The notes: generated by a model from the sequence alone, not told the origin. Positions 1 through 10,979 are shown, counted from the stretch's first letter. The stretch is DNA of 64,000 bases from Octopus sinensis (GCF_006345805.1 NC_043001.1:17484001-17548000), one strand, 5' to 3'. A program made the numbers and translations.

Positions 1-351
1 AAAGTAGGCGTTGGGAGGAAGGCAGTAGATGGGGGACTCTATGAATTTTTTTTATATTATAGTATTGTATACAAATTATATGATATCATATTAAATATCA
101 AATGATTCATAGTATATATATATTAGTAAAATATAAAATATTTTTGCATAAAAATAGGGGAGGAGACGTTGAGGGTATTATGTGGCCCCAAAAAGTTTGA
201 GAACCTTTGCACTACAGCAATGTCCCCAATTCTTGGATCTGATTGGTTTCATATCGCCCCATTCAGGCACTTCCCTGGTTTATTTTTCTATCTTTATGAC
301 CCATTCTTTTCAATCAGGAACGTCATCCCCAAAGATCTGTCTGTCTATGTC

Positions 352-352
352 G

Positions 353-446
<94 letters not shown>
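352..446. repeat. (CT)n microsatellite
   Basis: Seen directly. Confidence 0.98.
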
Positions 447-451
<5 letters not shown>

Positions 452-569
452 CTTTCTTGTCTGCAGCCCTCAACCGTTCAGGAGAAACATTACCTACACC
501 GATCTCACCAGTTACAGAGAGCCTACGGCCACAAGAGCATAAATATTTCCTCCATACTCCCCACCAAAA

Positions 570-637
570 CACATACACACACACACTCACAATTATATAC
601 ATGCGCAAAAGCGCGCGCGTAGACACACACACTCATG

Positions 638-692
<55 letters not shown>

Positions 693-720
693 ACACGAAA
701 ATAAGCACATACACACACAA
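570..720. repeat. (CA)n-rich microsatellite
   Basis: Seen directly. Confidence 0.95.
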
Positions 721-759
721 GCAAATATATACACCTTAAAATTTCACACAATTTTTTTT

Positions 760-1530
760 TTTTGATATGGGGTAGGACCGCCTTTAGCAGTAATTACAGC
801 TTGAATTCTACAAGGTATGGACTCGTACAAAGTTTGAATTGCTTTCAAAGGAATTTTCGTCCATTCTTCAGCTAAAAACAGTCTCCAGTTCTTGTAGTGA
901 TGATGGTGGACATCGACACTTTACTTGTTTTTCCTAAAATACACCCTAAATATTGAATAATATTGAGATCTGGGGACTGTGGTGGCCAGATAAGATGTTC
1001 AACTTCACTAGAATGTCCCTCATGCCATTCGGTAACAACTTTAGCTGTGTGAATTGGTGCATTGGCATCCTGAGAGATTGCGTTTCCCTCTGGAAACAGT
1101 TCCGCAAACATAGGGTGAATTTGATCAGATAAAATGCTTAAGTAGTCATGACTATTAATTCTGCCATGAAGGGAAACTATTGAGCCGGCGGATTTCCAAG
1201 ATATAGCCCCCAAGATCATCACAGATCCTCCTCCATGTTTAACAGTTGGAAGAAGGCAGTCGGGGTCAAATGCTTCTTTTGTCTGTCTCCACACGTATAC
1301 TCAGCCGGTGGTCGGAAATAAGGTAAAGGATAACTCGTCCGAGAAAATGACATTCTTCCACTGCTCTAGGGGCCAATTCTGTAGATTTTGACTCCACTCT
1401 AAATGCTTTGCAACGTTTGTTTTTAAAAGTAGTGGTTTTCTTATTGCAGCCCCCCCTCCCGTGAAATCCGCCTTTGTGCAGCTCCCGGCGAACAGTTTTT
1501 GTGGAAACTGGGTTCTCGAGGCGGTCATTA
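760..1530 (-). mobile_element. Tc1/mariner transposase relic (DDE domain, degenerate)
   Basis: WKNVIFSDE; TVKHGGGSVMILG; QDANAPIH; WPPQSPDLNII. The frame is broken between ORFs 1301-1570 and 872-1294. Confidence 0.93.
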
Positions 1531-1532
1531 TA

Positions 1533-1622
1533 CAGGGGTTGGATAAAATAATGGAAACGCCTAGCATCATAGCATCATAATTTTGAAATATCTATAAAAC
1601 CGTCAAAAGCTTGTTTATTTTT
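1533..1622. mobile_element. Tc1-type terminal inverted repeat end after TA
   Basis: TA|CAGGGGTTGGATAAAATAATGGAAAC resembles Tc1-family TIRs; truncated by a SINE at about 1625. Confidence 0.65.
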
Positions 1623-2027
1623 ACGCCGAGGTCGACTTTGCCTTTCATCCTTTCGGGGTCGATAAATTAAGTACCAGTTACGCACTGGGGTCTATATAAT
1701 CGACTTAATCCCTTTGTCCTTGTTTGTCCCCTCTATGTTTAGCTCCTTGTGTGTAATAAAGAAACATATACAGATATGCATAACTTCTCCCGAACCCTCC
1801 TGTGGCACTGTTATACGTAAGGAACTTCTCCCTTTAGCCCAATGTTTCTCCACAAGGTTCGTACCGCCCCTTCGGGAGGCGTTTAGAGCTTACGAGAGTG
1901 AGGGCGGTGAGCAAAACTATAATGCAAGAAGGCGTTTAGAAGCTTGAGTGAGGCGTTGAGAAAATTTGAATATTTTCATGACTGAAGTAAAAATAATGGA
2001 AGAACAACATACTATACTGCCAAACTT

Positions 2028-2455
2028 GGATCTTTTCGGTTTGAACGGCAGTTTTTTCAAATAATTTCCACGTAACTAAACACTTTTAAACTTCCTATAC
2101 TTGTAGAATGTGTTTATAAAACATCTTTTTCTCTTGGCTTTATTGAGAAAATTCTATAGTTTGTAAGATATTTGTTGTTTTTTGTCTTCAATTTCATCAA
2201 TTTCAACCAATCAATGACGTCTATTGAGGTGAAAACATTCTGTGCCATATGAATATGTCCCTCGTTTAAGAAACAGATTGGGTTTTATTTACATTTTTGA
2301 AGAAAAAAAGATACCCTTCCTCCTACCCCTAACCCTAACTAACCATGACCCTAAAACAGATTGAAATGCAATAGATCGATACTAGGGTCATAATTATGGG
2401 TGACAATTTCATATGACACCGGTAGAAAAAACTGCCGGTCAAAACGAAAAGATCC
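2028..2455 (+). mobile_element. MITE with GGATCTTTTCG TIRs and 8-bp TSD (hAT/P-like)
   Basis: TIRs ggatcttttcggtttgaacggcag / ctgccggtcaaaacgaaaagatcc; TSD ccaaactt at 2020-2027 and 2456-2463. Confidence 0.88.
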
Positions 2456-2651
2456 CCAAACTTGCTTGTATTGTATTAGTTTTATACCCTAACGGACCAA
2501 TTATCCACCAAGTTTGACAGCGGATGTAGCCCGGATTTCTGTAGTTTCCAGTTTTCGGGAGACAGTCTGAATGTATACTTGAGATATGAAATAAACTATG
2601 GAAAGGAAAGAACTAAATTGTATTTAACAGATTCATATTAATACACTTCTA

Positions 2652-3011
2652 GGATCTTTTCGCTTTGACCGGCAGATTTTTAAAATAATTTCTAGGTAAC
2701 TAAAAAATTTTATACTTCGTATACTAGTAGAATGTGTTTATAAAACATCTTTTTCTCTTGGCTCTCTTGAGAAAATTCTGTAGTTTGTAAGATATTTGGT
2801 CTTTAATTTCTTGCATTTCGGCAATTTCAACCAATCAATGACGTCTATTGAGGTGAATTCAATTTCTGCCGTAATGTGTCAACAGAATTTTCTCAAGAAA
2901 GCCAAGAGAAAAAGATGTTTTATAAACACATTCTATCAGTATACGAAGTTTTAAATTTTTTAGTTACATAGACATTATCTTAAAAATCTGCCGGTCAAAG
3001 CGAAAAGATCC
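2652..3011. mobile_element. Fold-back derivative of the same MITE with 8-bp TSD
   Basis: Inverted arms of about 130 bp; TSD cacttcta at 2644-2651 and 3012-3019. Confidence 0.88.
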
Positions 3012-3195
3012 CACTTCTAAAGCATGATCTGTTTTATATTTATTAATCTACTTTAAATTCTTAAAATATTTCATACTGTACCGTGTATACACCTTAATGT
3101 TTATAGGTTGAAAATTAAATGAGGTAAAGTAAAGAACGTGATTTTAACATAACAAAGACAGGTACAAATTTATACAAATTAATAAGCAGAGTATA

Positions 3196-3601
3196 CTCTT
3201 TTACTCTTTTACTTGTTTCAGTCATTTGACTGCGGCCATGCTGGAGCACCAACTTTAATCGAGCAACTCGACCCCGGGACTTATTCTTTGTAAGCCCAGT
3301 ACTTATTCTATCGGTCTCTTTTGCCGAACCGCTAAGTGACGGGGACATAAACACACCAGCATCGGTTGTCAAGCGATGCTAGGGGAACAAACACAAACAT
3401 ATACACACACACACATATACATATATATACATACATACGACGGGCTTCTTTCAGTTTCCGTCTACCAAATCCACTCACAAGGCTTTGGTCGGCCCGAGGC
3501 TATAGTAGAAGACACTTGCCCAAGGTTCCACGCAGTGGGACTGAACCCGGAACCATGTGGTTGGTAAGCAAGCTACTTACCACACAGCCACTCCTACGCC
3601 T
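3196..3601 (-). mobile_element. tRNA-derived SINE family B (CORE-like ccttgggcaagtgtc; octopus OR-type), full length
   Basis: A/B-box head ggagtggctgtgtggt...gggttcagtccc, internal (TA/TG)n, tail tgactgaaacaagtaaaagag. Confidence 0.85.
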
Positions 3602-3774
3602 ATGTTTAATATTTATCAATCCATACGAAAAGGTAAAGAAGAAAACTATTTTTAACACACCGTATGCAAATTAACTAATTTCAAAAACAGTCTGTTTACT
3701 CATTACACGGTGCAGTATATTGCACGATATTGCACAGTGTTTCCGGATTTTTGAAAATTCTGAACTTTTAGCAG

Positions 3775-4160
3775 CCCGATATTATATAAAATCCGTTCAG
3801 TCTCTGTGTGTGTCTTCTAGGATCTCGGGCATCCTCCATCTAATTGCGCTCAAATTTGATATGTAGATACCGACGGTATCAGGGCGTGTATAAGTCTTGA
3901 AAACATTACAAAAATCGATTCCAGGTGAAAATGCGATCGATAAAACCATCAGCTGTTGTGATCGATACTACGCGTACGCGAGAAAAATGCATGTGTAGTT
4001 TGCGCAAAAAAAGCCGGCCTGTTTGGTGTCTCAAATTTAAGTTAAATCGGTGTTTCTCAAAGCGGAGGCCTATGAGACGGTCGGACAAGATTGGAGAAAA
4101 TTTTGTTTAAATGTTTGACAACTCAGCACCGTCCATTGGACGGGGGGCGTTTTGCTCGTA
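3775..4160 (+). mobile_element. Non-autonomous Helitron/Helentron-like element
   Basis: Subterminal hairpin ccgtcc-att-ggacgg followed by gcgttttgctcgt and (TA)n; 5' (GT)n. Confidence 0.4.
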
Positions 4161-4619
4161 TATATATATATATATCAGTTTCAAATATTTTGCATAAAAA
4201 ATGTACATATTGTCATTAATACCAGGCTATATTCATGCCATGCACTAAAACTCGAAGATCTTCGGCGTAAATCAAATAGCTTTCTCAGCGGAGTGGTCTG
4301 GATTTTTTAATCAAATGGGGCCAGCAGGGGAAGATCTGTCTACTCTGGCGAAGCGTGACGTTTTCCTTGATGACTTTTTTATTTCATGAAGCAATTTCAA
4401 TAATGCAATTAAATACCTGTTTTAAAATACCTTATCGTCTGGTAGTCGGTCCGTGTGTCGTCTGTTAGTCAGTCCGTCACTGGACAATGAGCAACAGACG
4501 AGTGTCGTTTAGATCATTATCAGTCGACAGGTCATTCAGGGAACCTAACCCCTAATGTTTCCGTTCTATTCTGGTTTCCTAAAATCTCAAACATCTCAGC
4601 ACCACAATAGCTAAATCTA

Positions 4620-4873
4620 TTGTGCTGATGCATAATTATTGCGGCTTTTTTGCAACAAATTTTATTCAGCAAAAATAATAACAACATGTAACAAAAACAT
4701 CTTTAAATTATTATTCCGGAGCATATTCATTATCTACTTCAATTACTACTTCCCATTTGCTTGGCAGACGGTCAGACCGTCATTTAAAGATGTTTTTGTT
4801 AAATATTGTTATTGTTTTTGTTGGATAAAATTTGTTTAAAAAAAAAAAAGCCGCAATAATTATGCACCAACCC
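4620..4873. mobile_element. Mariner-type MITE
   Basis: TIR TA|GGGTTGGTGCATAATTATTGCGGC (right end intact, left end degenerate) resembles Hsmar1/MADE1-type TIRs. Confidence 0.7.
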
Positions 4874-4969
4874 TACAGTTCCGTACTCGGAAAAAAATGG
4901 ATGATCATGCAGTCACCAATCAGTATGTGGATCGAATTAATGAATTTTCAGAATAAATCCAATTAAAGG

Positions 4970-5197
4970 TTGAGAGCTGGCAGAATCGTTAGCACGTCGG
5001 GCGAAATGCGTAGCCGTATTTCGTCTGCCGTTACTTTCTGAGTTCAAATTCCGCAGAGGTCGACTTTGCCTTTCATCCTTTCGGAGTCGATGAATAAAGT
5101 ACCAGTTAAGCACTGGGGTCGATGTAATCGACTTAATCCGTCTGTCTGTCCTTGTTTGTCCTCTCTGTGTTTAACCCCTTGTGGGTAGTAAAGAAAT
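4970..5197 (+). mobile_element. tRNA-derived SINE family A
   Basis: Head agctggcagaatcgttagc...ctgagttcaaattcc; body gtcgactttgcctttcatcctttcgg; 3' end gtaaagaaata. Confidence 0.85.
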
Positions 5198-5518
5198 AGA
5201 ATAAATCCAATTATTGAATCAAAAATTTTAAAACCTGAATTTCTGACGAAAGCAATCTTATCCAGACTTCTAATGGTTGCCATTCATTTCGGATATTCAA
5301 AAACAAAAAAAAAAACAACAATCACCGTAGGTATAATATTTATTTCAAATTTTGGCACAAGGCCAGTAATTTCGGGAAGGGGCTGCTAAGTCGATTACAT
5401 CGACTCTACTGCTCAACTAATACTTATTTTCAGTTCTATATTTAATAGATGAGGAATTATTTACATTATTTACATAATTTACCTTTGGCGGATATTTGTC
5501 CTCATCTTGTTTGTTGTT

Positions 5519-5564
5519 AACACAACGTTTCGGCTGATATACCCTCCAGCCTTCATCAGGTGTT
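5519..5564 (-). ncRNA. Minimal type I hammerhead ribozyme fold (Penelope-type), intact core
   Basis: Minus strand reads AACAC-CUGAUGA-A-GGCUG[gagggtatat]CAGCC-GAAA-CG-UU/-GUGUU. Stem I is 5/5 pairs, stem II 5/5, and stem III is the palindrome ACGU. Confidence 0.75.
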
Positions 5565-5880
5565 TCGGGGAAATTTCGAACCTACGTTCTCATTCCTAAG
5601 GTATTTTTCGATGTTATTATTATTGTTGTTGGTGGTGGTGCTGCTGGTGCTGGTGGTGGTATTGTTCAGGTCACTGCTTCGAATCGAACTCGGAATCTTG
5701 GTGTTAGTAGCCCGTGCTCTTAACCACTACGCCATATGCCCGCACTCTTAACCCCAAGATTCCTAATTCGATTCCAAGCAGTGACCTGAACAATAATAAT
5801 AATAATAATAATATAATAATAATAATAATAACATCGAAAAATACCTTAGGAATGATAACCCAAGTTCGAAATTTCCCCAA

Positions 5881-5926
5881 GACTCCTGAAGAAGGCTGGA
5901 GGGCATATCTGCCGAAACGTTGTGTT
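5881..5926 (+). ncRNA. Second hammerhead copy (CUGAAGA core; one mismatch each in stems I and II)
   Basis: gactc-ctgaaga-a-ggctg..ctgcc-gaaacgtt-gtgtt. Confidence 0.6.
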
Positions 5927-6074
5927 AACAACAAACAAAATGAGGACAAATATCCGTCAAATGTAAATAATAAAAATAATGTACATAATTCCTCATCTCT
6001 TAAATATAGAACTCTATTGACTCCATATTTGCGGAATGCTTCGTTTGTGTATGAAGAATAAACCATTGTAAATA

Positions 6075-6137
6075 CAGTGATCCCTCGACTATCGCGGGTG
6101 ATACGTTCCAAAACCTCCCACGGAAACAATTAAAATC

Positions 6138-6184
<47 letters not shown>

Positions 6185-6463
6185 AGAAATTAAATATAAA
6201 ATATAAATTACAAAGTGGGACAAGAACGCAAAAACACACAAGGAGACGACACAAAAAACAGACGGGTCACTCGAAGCCTCTAATCTTCAGTCGGGAACCG
6301 GATCATCTTAGTAATTTCGGCTGTTATATATACATATACCTATCGGCTGCATAAAACTGCGATATACTGAGGAGTCTGTGATATAAATTTACATATATTA
6401 GCCAGAAAAATCCGCGATGTACTCAGTGCGCGATAGGTGAGCCGCGATATGGCGAGGGATTAG
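6075..6463. mobile_element. pogo/Tigger-type MITE containing (TA)n and a nested repeat fragment
   Basis: TA|CAGTGATCCCTCG..ATCGCGG at the left; CCGCGAT..CGAGGGATTAG|TA at the right. Confidence 0.65.
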
Positions 6464-6485
6464 TATATTCTTTTATTTTTTTTAT

Positions 6486-6945
6486 TCTTTTACTTGTTTC
6501 AGTCATTTGACAGCAGCCATGCTGGAGCACCGCCTTTAGTCGAGCAAATCGACCTCAGGACTTATTCTTTGTAAGCCTAGTACTTATTCTATCGGTCTGT
6601 TTTGCTGAACCGCTAAGTTACGGGGAACGTAAAGACACCAACATCGATTGTCAAGCGTTGTTGGGAGGACAAACACAGACACACAAACATATAGACACAC
6701 ACACACATACACATACACTCACACACACACACAAACACACACACACACACTCACACTCACACACACACACATATATATTATATACGACGGGCTTCTTTCA
6801 GTTTCCGTCTACCAAATTCACTCACAAAGCTTTGGTCGGCCTGAGTTTACAGTAGTAGACAGTTGCCCAAAGTGTCACGCAGTGGGACCGAACCCAGAAC
6901 CATGCGGTTGGGAAGCAATTTTCTTACCACACACCCACGCCTAAG
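6486..6945 (-). mobile_element. SINE family B
   Basis: Same head, body and tail as 3196-3601. Confidence 0.85.
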
Positions 6946-7339
6946 CCTATATGTATAATGCATGCATGATATAAAAAAAACAAACTTGCACTCTGTGTTA
7001 GTGAATAAAAAAGAAATAAGATTTTAAAATTTATTCTTTCTGTGCATCCCGATACCAAATATCTCACGGCTCGGTACTAATTCGCAGCCAAGTGACGGAG
7101 GACCTTGCTTCAGATCATCTGTTATCTGATCATTTAACATACAACCTTATATCATTATTCCCAACATTAAGGCGACAAGCTGGCAGACTCGTTACCATGC
7201 CAGGCAAAATGCTTCGCAGCATTTCGTCCGTCCTTACGTTCTGAGTTAGAATTCCGCCGATTGGCCAGAAACGAAAGTGTTTGTCTCTAAACCTTTTGCT
7301 CGAATCCACCATACACTTTCTTTCACGATAAAAACTGCC

Positions 7340-7580
7340 TTGCCTTCCCGGTTAAGGGAAGGGGGCGGGGCACAACGGTCAGACGGTAATCGATGACGGA
7401 TGCGATGTACGCGTTCGCCACTTCGCCCGACCTTTTAGGGACAGCTTCCTCTCGGCCCATTGCTGAGTGAGTGTGGCCACCCTGCTCATTATCTTGTCCC
7501 AGTTCTTTTCCATTTAGAGGTCCAGTCCGAACTAAACCCCGAGCAATCTAACCGGTCCGTTCAGCCATCCATCTCTGTCA
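7340..7580 (-). mobile_element. Degenerate Tx1/L1-clade LINE fragment (post-RT region)
   Basis: Minus strand reads PVRLLGV*FGLDL*MEKNWDKIMSRVATLTQQWAERKLSLKGRA/VANAYIASVIDYRLTVVP, with stops and a frameshift. Confidence 0.7.
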
Positions 7581-7827
7581 TTTCATCTGTCTACACGATT
7601 AAGCATTAAAACCTAAACAAGTAACCAGACAGTTATCGCCTATTACATTATTTTGATATTTTCTTATCTCGTTGTTTTCTTCAACGGTACAATACCCACG
7701 ATATACAAGAACGCATAATATAAAGAGTACTCTTTATATATAAACAATTGCAGCGTGGAAGGTGTTTATAAGCCATTTAAGAAACACACAAAACCGTTAG
7801 ATTCACTTCAACATTTAAATTTAATTT

Positions 7828-7872
7828 GTCAAAACATTTTCGTCACTTTGAGACCGCGACCTGTTCACTGAC
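7828..7872 (-). ncRNA. Hammerhead-like fold with GUGAACA (G3:C8) core, copy 1
   Basis: gtca-gtgaaca-g-gtcgc[ggtctcaaa]gtgac-gaaa-atgt-tt-tgac. Confidence 0.55.
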
Positions 7873-8396
7873 AAAGCTTCGTGACTCAAAATAAGCAACA
7901 AAGATATCCAAGGCAGAGTAGTACAATTGTTTCATGCTACTTCATTTTATTAAACACTGTAAGTTTTACATCAGTTTTAAAATGTCGAGCAATCTTCAGC
8001 CACTTGTAGAATTTTCCAATCAAACGGACAATGCACATTCTTATCCCTATTTCATTTGCCAACATTATAAAGAGGGTAGATATGTAGACAGAGAGGTTGA
8101 TTTTATTCTTAAGAACATGATAGTAGTAAATTTTATCTGCATATATATATATATGTTTAATGTTGACTGTCAGAAACAAAAAAGAGACCTTAATAACAGA
8201 GTAGACATTAATAACATATTTTGTTCGAGTCGGTCTCTAACTATTCTGAACTTTTCCCCTGTAGAGGCACAAACGCTTCTGCCAGAAGATTCTGTAGACT
8301 CAACAGGTGAAACTCAGAGCAAAACAAAAAAAATATATATTCTGAATTTACCTCTCCTATATATTCTTAATTTATATTCTTAATTTATGCTTGCTC

Positions 8397-8778
8397 GGAT
8401 CTTTCTGGTTTGAACGGCAGTTTTTTCAAGCGGTGTATCGATCTATTGCATTTCAATCTGTTTTAGGGTTAGGATTAGGGGTGGGGGGAGGGAGGGTATC
8501 TTTTTTTCTTCACAAATGATACCCAATCTGTTTCTTAAACGAGGGACATATTCATATGACACAGAATGTTTTTTTATCTGAATAGGCGTCAGTGATTGGT
8601 TGAAATTGCAGAAATTGAAGAAAATAAACAACAAATATCTTACAAACTACAGAATTTTCTCAATAAAGCCAAGAGAAAAAGATGTTTTATAAACACATTC
8701 TACCAGTATACGAAGTTTCAAATTTTTTAGTTACATAGAAATTATTTTAAAAATCTGCAGGTCAAAGTGAAAAGACCC
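8397..8778 (-). mobile_element. GGATC-TIR MITE flanked by a direct repeat of about 52 bp
   Basis: Same family as 2028-2455, reverse orientation; flanks 8331-8396 and 8779-8830 are near-identical. Confidence 0.8.
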
Positions 8779-9177
8779 AATATATATTCTGAATCTACCT
8801 CTCCTATATATTCTTAATTTACACTTGCTCTTCTACAAAGAAAAAGAAATTTTTAATGACAAATAAGTCTTTCCTCAAATTCACTTTATTTTTTTTAAAG
8901 AAAATCTCCAATGTTGGAAATTACAAAAATATATCGAATTCAACTGAATTGCCTCCCTTCAACCGGTGTCACCCGAATCATTAAAGAGACCCGATCCAAT
9001 TCTACGTTGGACGGTTTCGAAAAGGGTTTATTGACAGATTAAGGATTCGATCACGTCTTTCATTAATTAGGGTCGAAATCAAGTCTCTTGATTTACATGT
9101 AGATATATATTTAATTACTTTTTTTAAAAGTTGTGTTGGCTTTAAGCGTAGTTCTTCCTGCTTTCACACTTCGTATC

Positions 9178-9183
9178 CACGTG
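9178..9183. promoter_or_regulatory. E-box CACGTG 31 nt upstream of the DDX51 start codon
   Basis: Exact CACGTG in unique sequence beside the ATG. Function is inferred only. Confidence 0.35.
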
Positions 9184-9213
9184 TTTAATGTAAACTTTCA
9201 CCACGCAGTTCAG

Positions 9214-9236
9214 ATGCCTTTATTTAACATTCAGCG
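9214..9236 (+). CDS. DDX51: DDX51 exon 1 (MPLFNIQR, phase 2)
   Basis: ATG at 9214 and donor CG|gtaagt. Joins exon 2 to give MPLFNIQRY, resembling the M.LF..ARY start of vertebrate DDX51. Confidence 0.8.
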
Positions 9237-9423
9237 GTAAGTACAAAAAGGATTATTACCAACGCATGTCATTGATTCATAACCAATATATTGTCGTATT
9301 GTTTGTGTTGGGAGCCGGGGTGTCCGTACATTTTGTCATTAATGTGGTTTTGTTTCATAATTGTTATCAAAAATTAATGTCTTGAAGGCCTAATGAAAAT
9401 CAAAGTTTTCCCTCAAAAATATG

Positions 9424-9654
9424 GGTACTACTAGCGAACAGTGGTCCCGGTGCGCGCAGTCGCGCATCCGCGCTAGCTAGTCGTGACTAGGCGATCCTAC
9501 AACGACTACCTAGCAAAGTAAATAAAACACAAAATAAAATAATTTTTTTACAAAGTAAGTAACACAAAAACACAAAGTAAGGATCGACTAGTCATGACTA
9601 GCTACAACGGATGCGCGAGTGCGCGCACCGGGACCACTGTTCGCTAGTAGTACC
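9424..9654. mobile_element. CpG-rich palindromic MITE-like element in DDX51 intron 1
   Basis: 75-bp inverted arms (9424-9498 and 9580-9654) with 6 mismatches around an A-rich spacer. Confidence 0.75.
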
Positions 9655-10440
9655 AAAATATGTTATTGCTTAGTTCTAGTCTTTCGATTTTAAGGTCCAA
9701 TATTTTCTGTTTTACAAAACAGGTTAGGGCTAACGTTAAACGTTTCAGCTGGGTTGAATTTCGTATTCGACGAACAGAACTGTAACCATTATTTGTTGCT
9801 GTAGCTATACTGCCCCTCCGATTTAAAGTCTTAAAAATAGTTTGTTTACGAAGATTTGGCTGCTGTGTTGTGCAAATCAAATCAGTTTGGTAATCAGCTT
9901 TGATCGTAATCAAAGACTTGTTTCTGTTATAAAACTATTTATTGAATTTATTTGTTTGTCCGTATTATTTATTATAAAGCTATAGCCTCGAGCCGACCAA
10001 AGCCGTGTGAATGGATTTGGTAGACGGTAACTGAAAGAAGCCCGTCCTATATATGTGTGTTTTTGTGTCTGTGTTTGTCCCCCCAAAATCGCTTGACAAC
10101 CGATGGTGGTATGTTTACGTCCCCGTAACTTAACGGTTCGGTAAAAGAGATCGATAGAATAAGTACTAAGCTTACAAAGAATAAGTCCTGGGATCGAATT
10201 GCTCAACTAAAGGTGGTGCTCCAGCATGGCCGCAGTCAATGACTGAAACAAGTAAAAGAGAATAAATTAGACTGGAGCCTGGTGCAAACTTCCAAGTGTG
10301 CCAGCTCAGTCAAACCGTCCAACCCATGCCAGATGTATGATGACGATGGCAGCAAAGAAAACATCCCTTGCAGCAAGTTATAACTTTTGCTTTCATGAAA
10401 CTTATTCTGTCATCCACTTTGCATCTCTATTTATTATAAA

Positions 10441-10816
10441 CTAGCACTATTACCTGGCAACGCCAGGTCATAGTGCTAGTGCATGCATATACAGTTACGT
10501 GCATGTGCACATACACGCGAGTACTGCCCAAATCTCCGACCAATCACATACAGCTAGCTGGCATTCAATTGGCGTATCAAGTTTTGGGTATTTTGATTGG
10601 GTTTTGGATAGGAAATTCACAAAAAAGTCACTTCTATTGATTTTTTAATGGCTTTGCGGGGTGACTGAGGAAATGTAAAGATGTGCACGACCACCCTTGG
10701 ACGGTTTTGAATGACCATAGAAAGTGCGAGCCCTCTAACTGAAAAATTGTGGATTTGTATAAAGGACACATACACACACACACACACAGACATTTTGCCG
10801 TTTATATATATAGAGA
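10441..10816 (-). mobile_element. Non-autonomous Helitron family H2
   Basis: On the minus strand: A|TC start, terminal hairpin, CTAG|T end. Confidence 0.8.
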
Positions 10817-10845
10817 TGATGTTCTGTTTTCTTTTTCCTTTACAG

Positions 10846-10979
10846 ATATGATGCTAACAGTAACTCAACTGGAACAGTTTCGAAAGCCACATATCTTTCA
10901 AGATTAAAACATCTCTTGCAAGATGCAAATAAACGCAAAGAAGAATTAACCTCTTCTCCGTCAGCTCAGAAAACCTCAG
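10846..10979 (+). CDS. DDX51: DDX51 exon 2 (YDANSNSTG...AQKTS)
   Basis: Strong pyrimidine tract ttttcctttacag|, donor G|gtaaat. Open frame with phase 2 in and phase 1 out, linking exons 1 and 3. Confidence 0.82.

Larger units (their letters stand above)
5431..6013. mobile_element. Head-to-head pair of a tRNA-head + (AAT)n + Penelope-like pLTR element carrying hammerhead folds
   Basis: Minus copy 5431-5742 (tRNA-like head 5663-5742) and plus copy 5743-6013. Both end in cctcatctct..aaatatagaact. Confidence 0.8.

Noticed and set aside
169-765. Long ORFs over (CT)n and (CA)n
   Set aside because: The open frames are produced by dinucleotide microsatellites (SLSLSL, THTHTH); there is no splice or homology support.
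3366-3674. Recurrent ORFs such as MSSDARGTNT... and MRNWYLIYRPRKDE... across the window
   Set aside because: They are translations of SINE families A, B and C on either strand, not genes.
4260-4600. Unique GC-richer stretch with minus-strand donor-like AAG|GTATTT
   Set aside because: Could be a non-coding first exon of an upstream gene, but no ORF or downstream exon supports it.
5663-5742. Possible tRNA gene
   Set aside because: A and B boxes are present, but the acceptor and T stems do not pair properly and it is fused to a repeat tail; it is a SINE head.
6261-6325. cagccGAAA...CTGAAGA motif pair on the minus strand
   Set aside because: The order and stems do not form a complete hammerhead; at best a truncated fragment.
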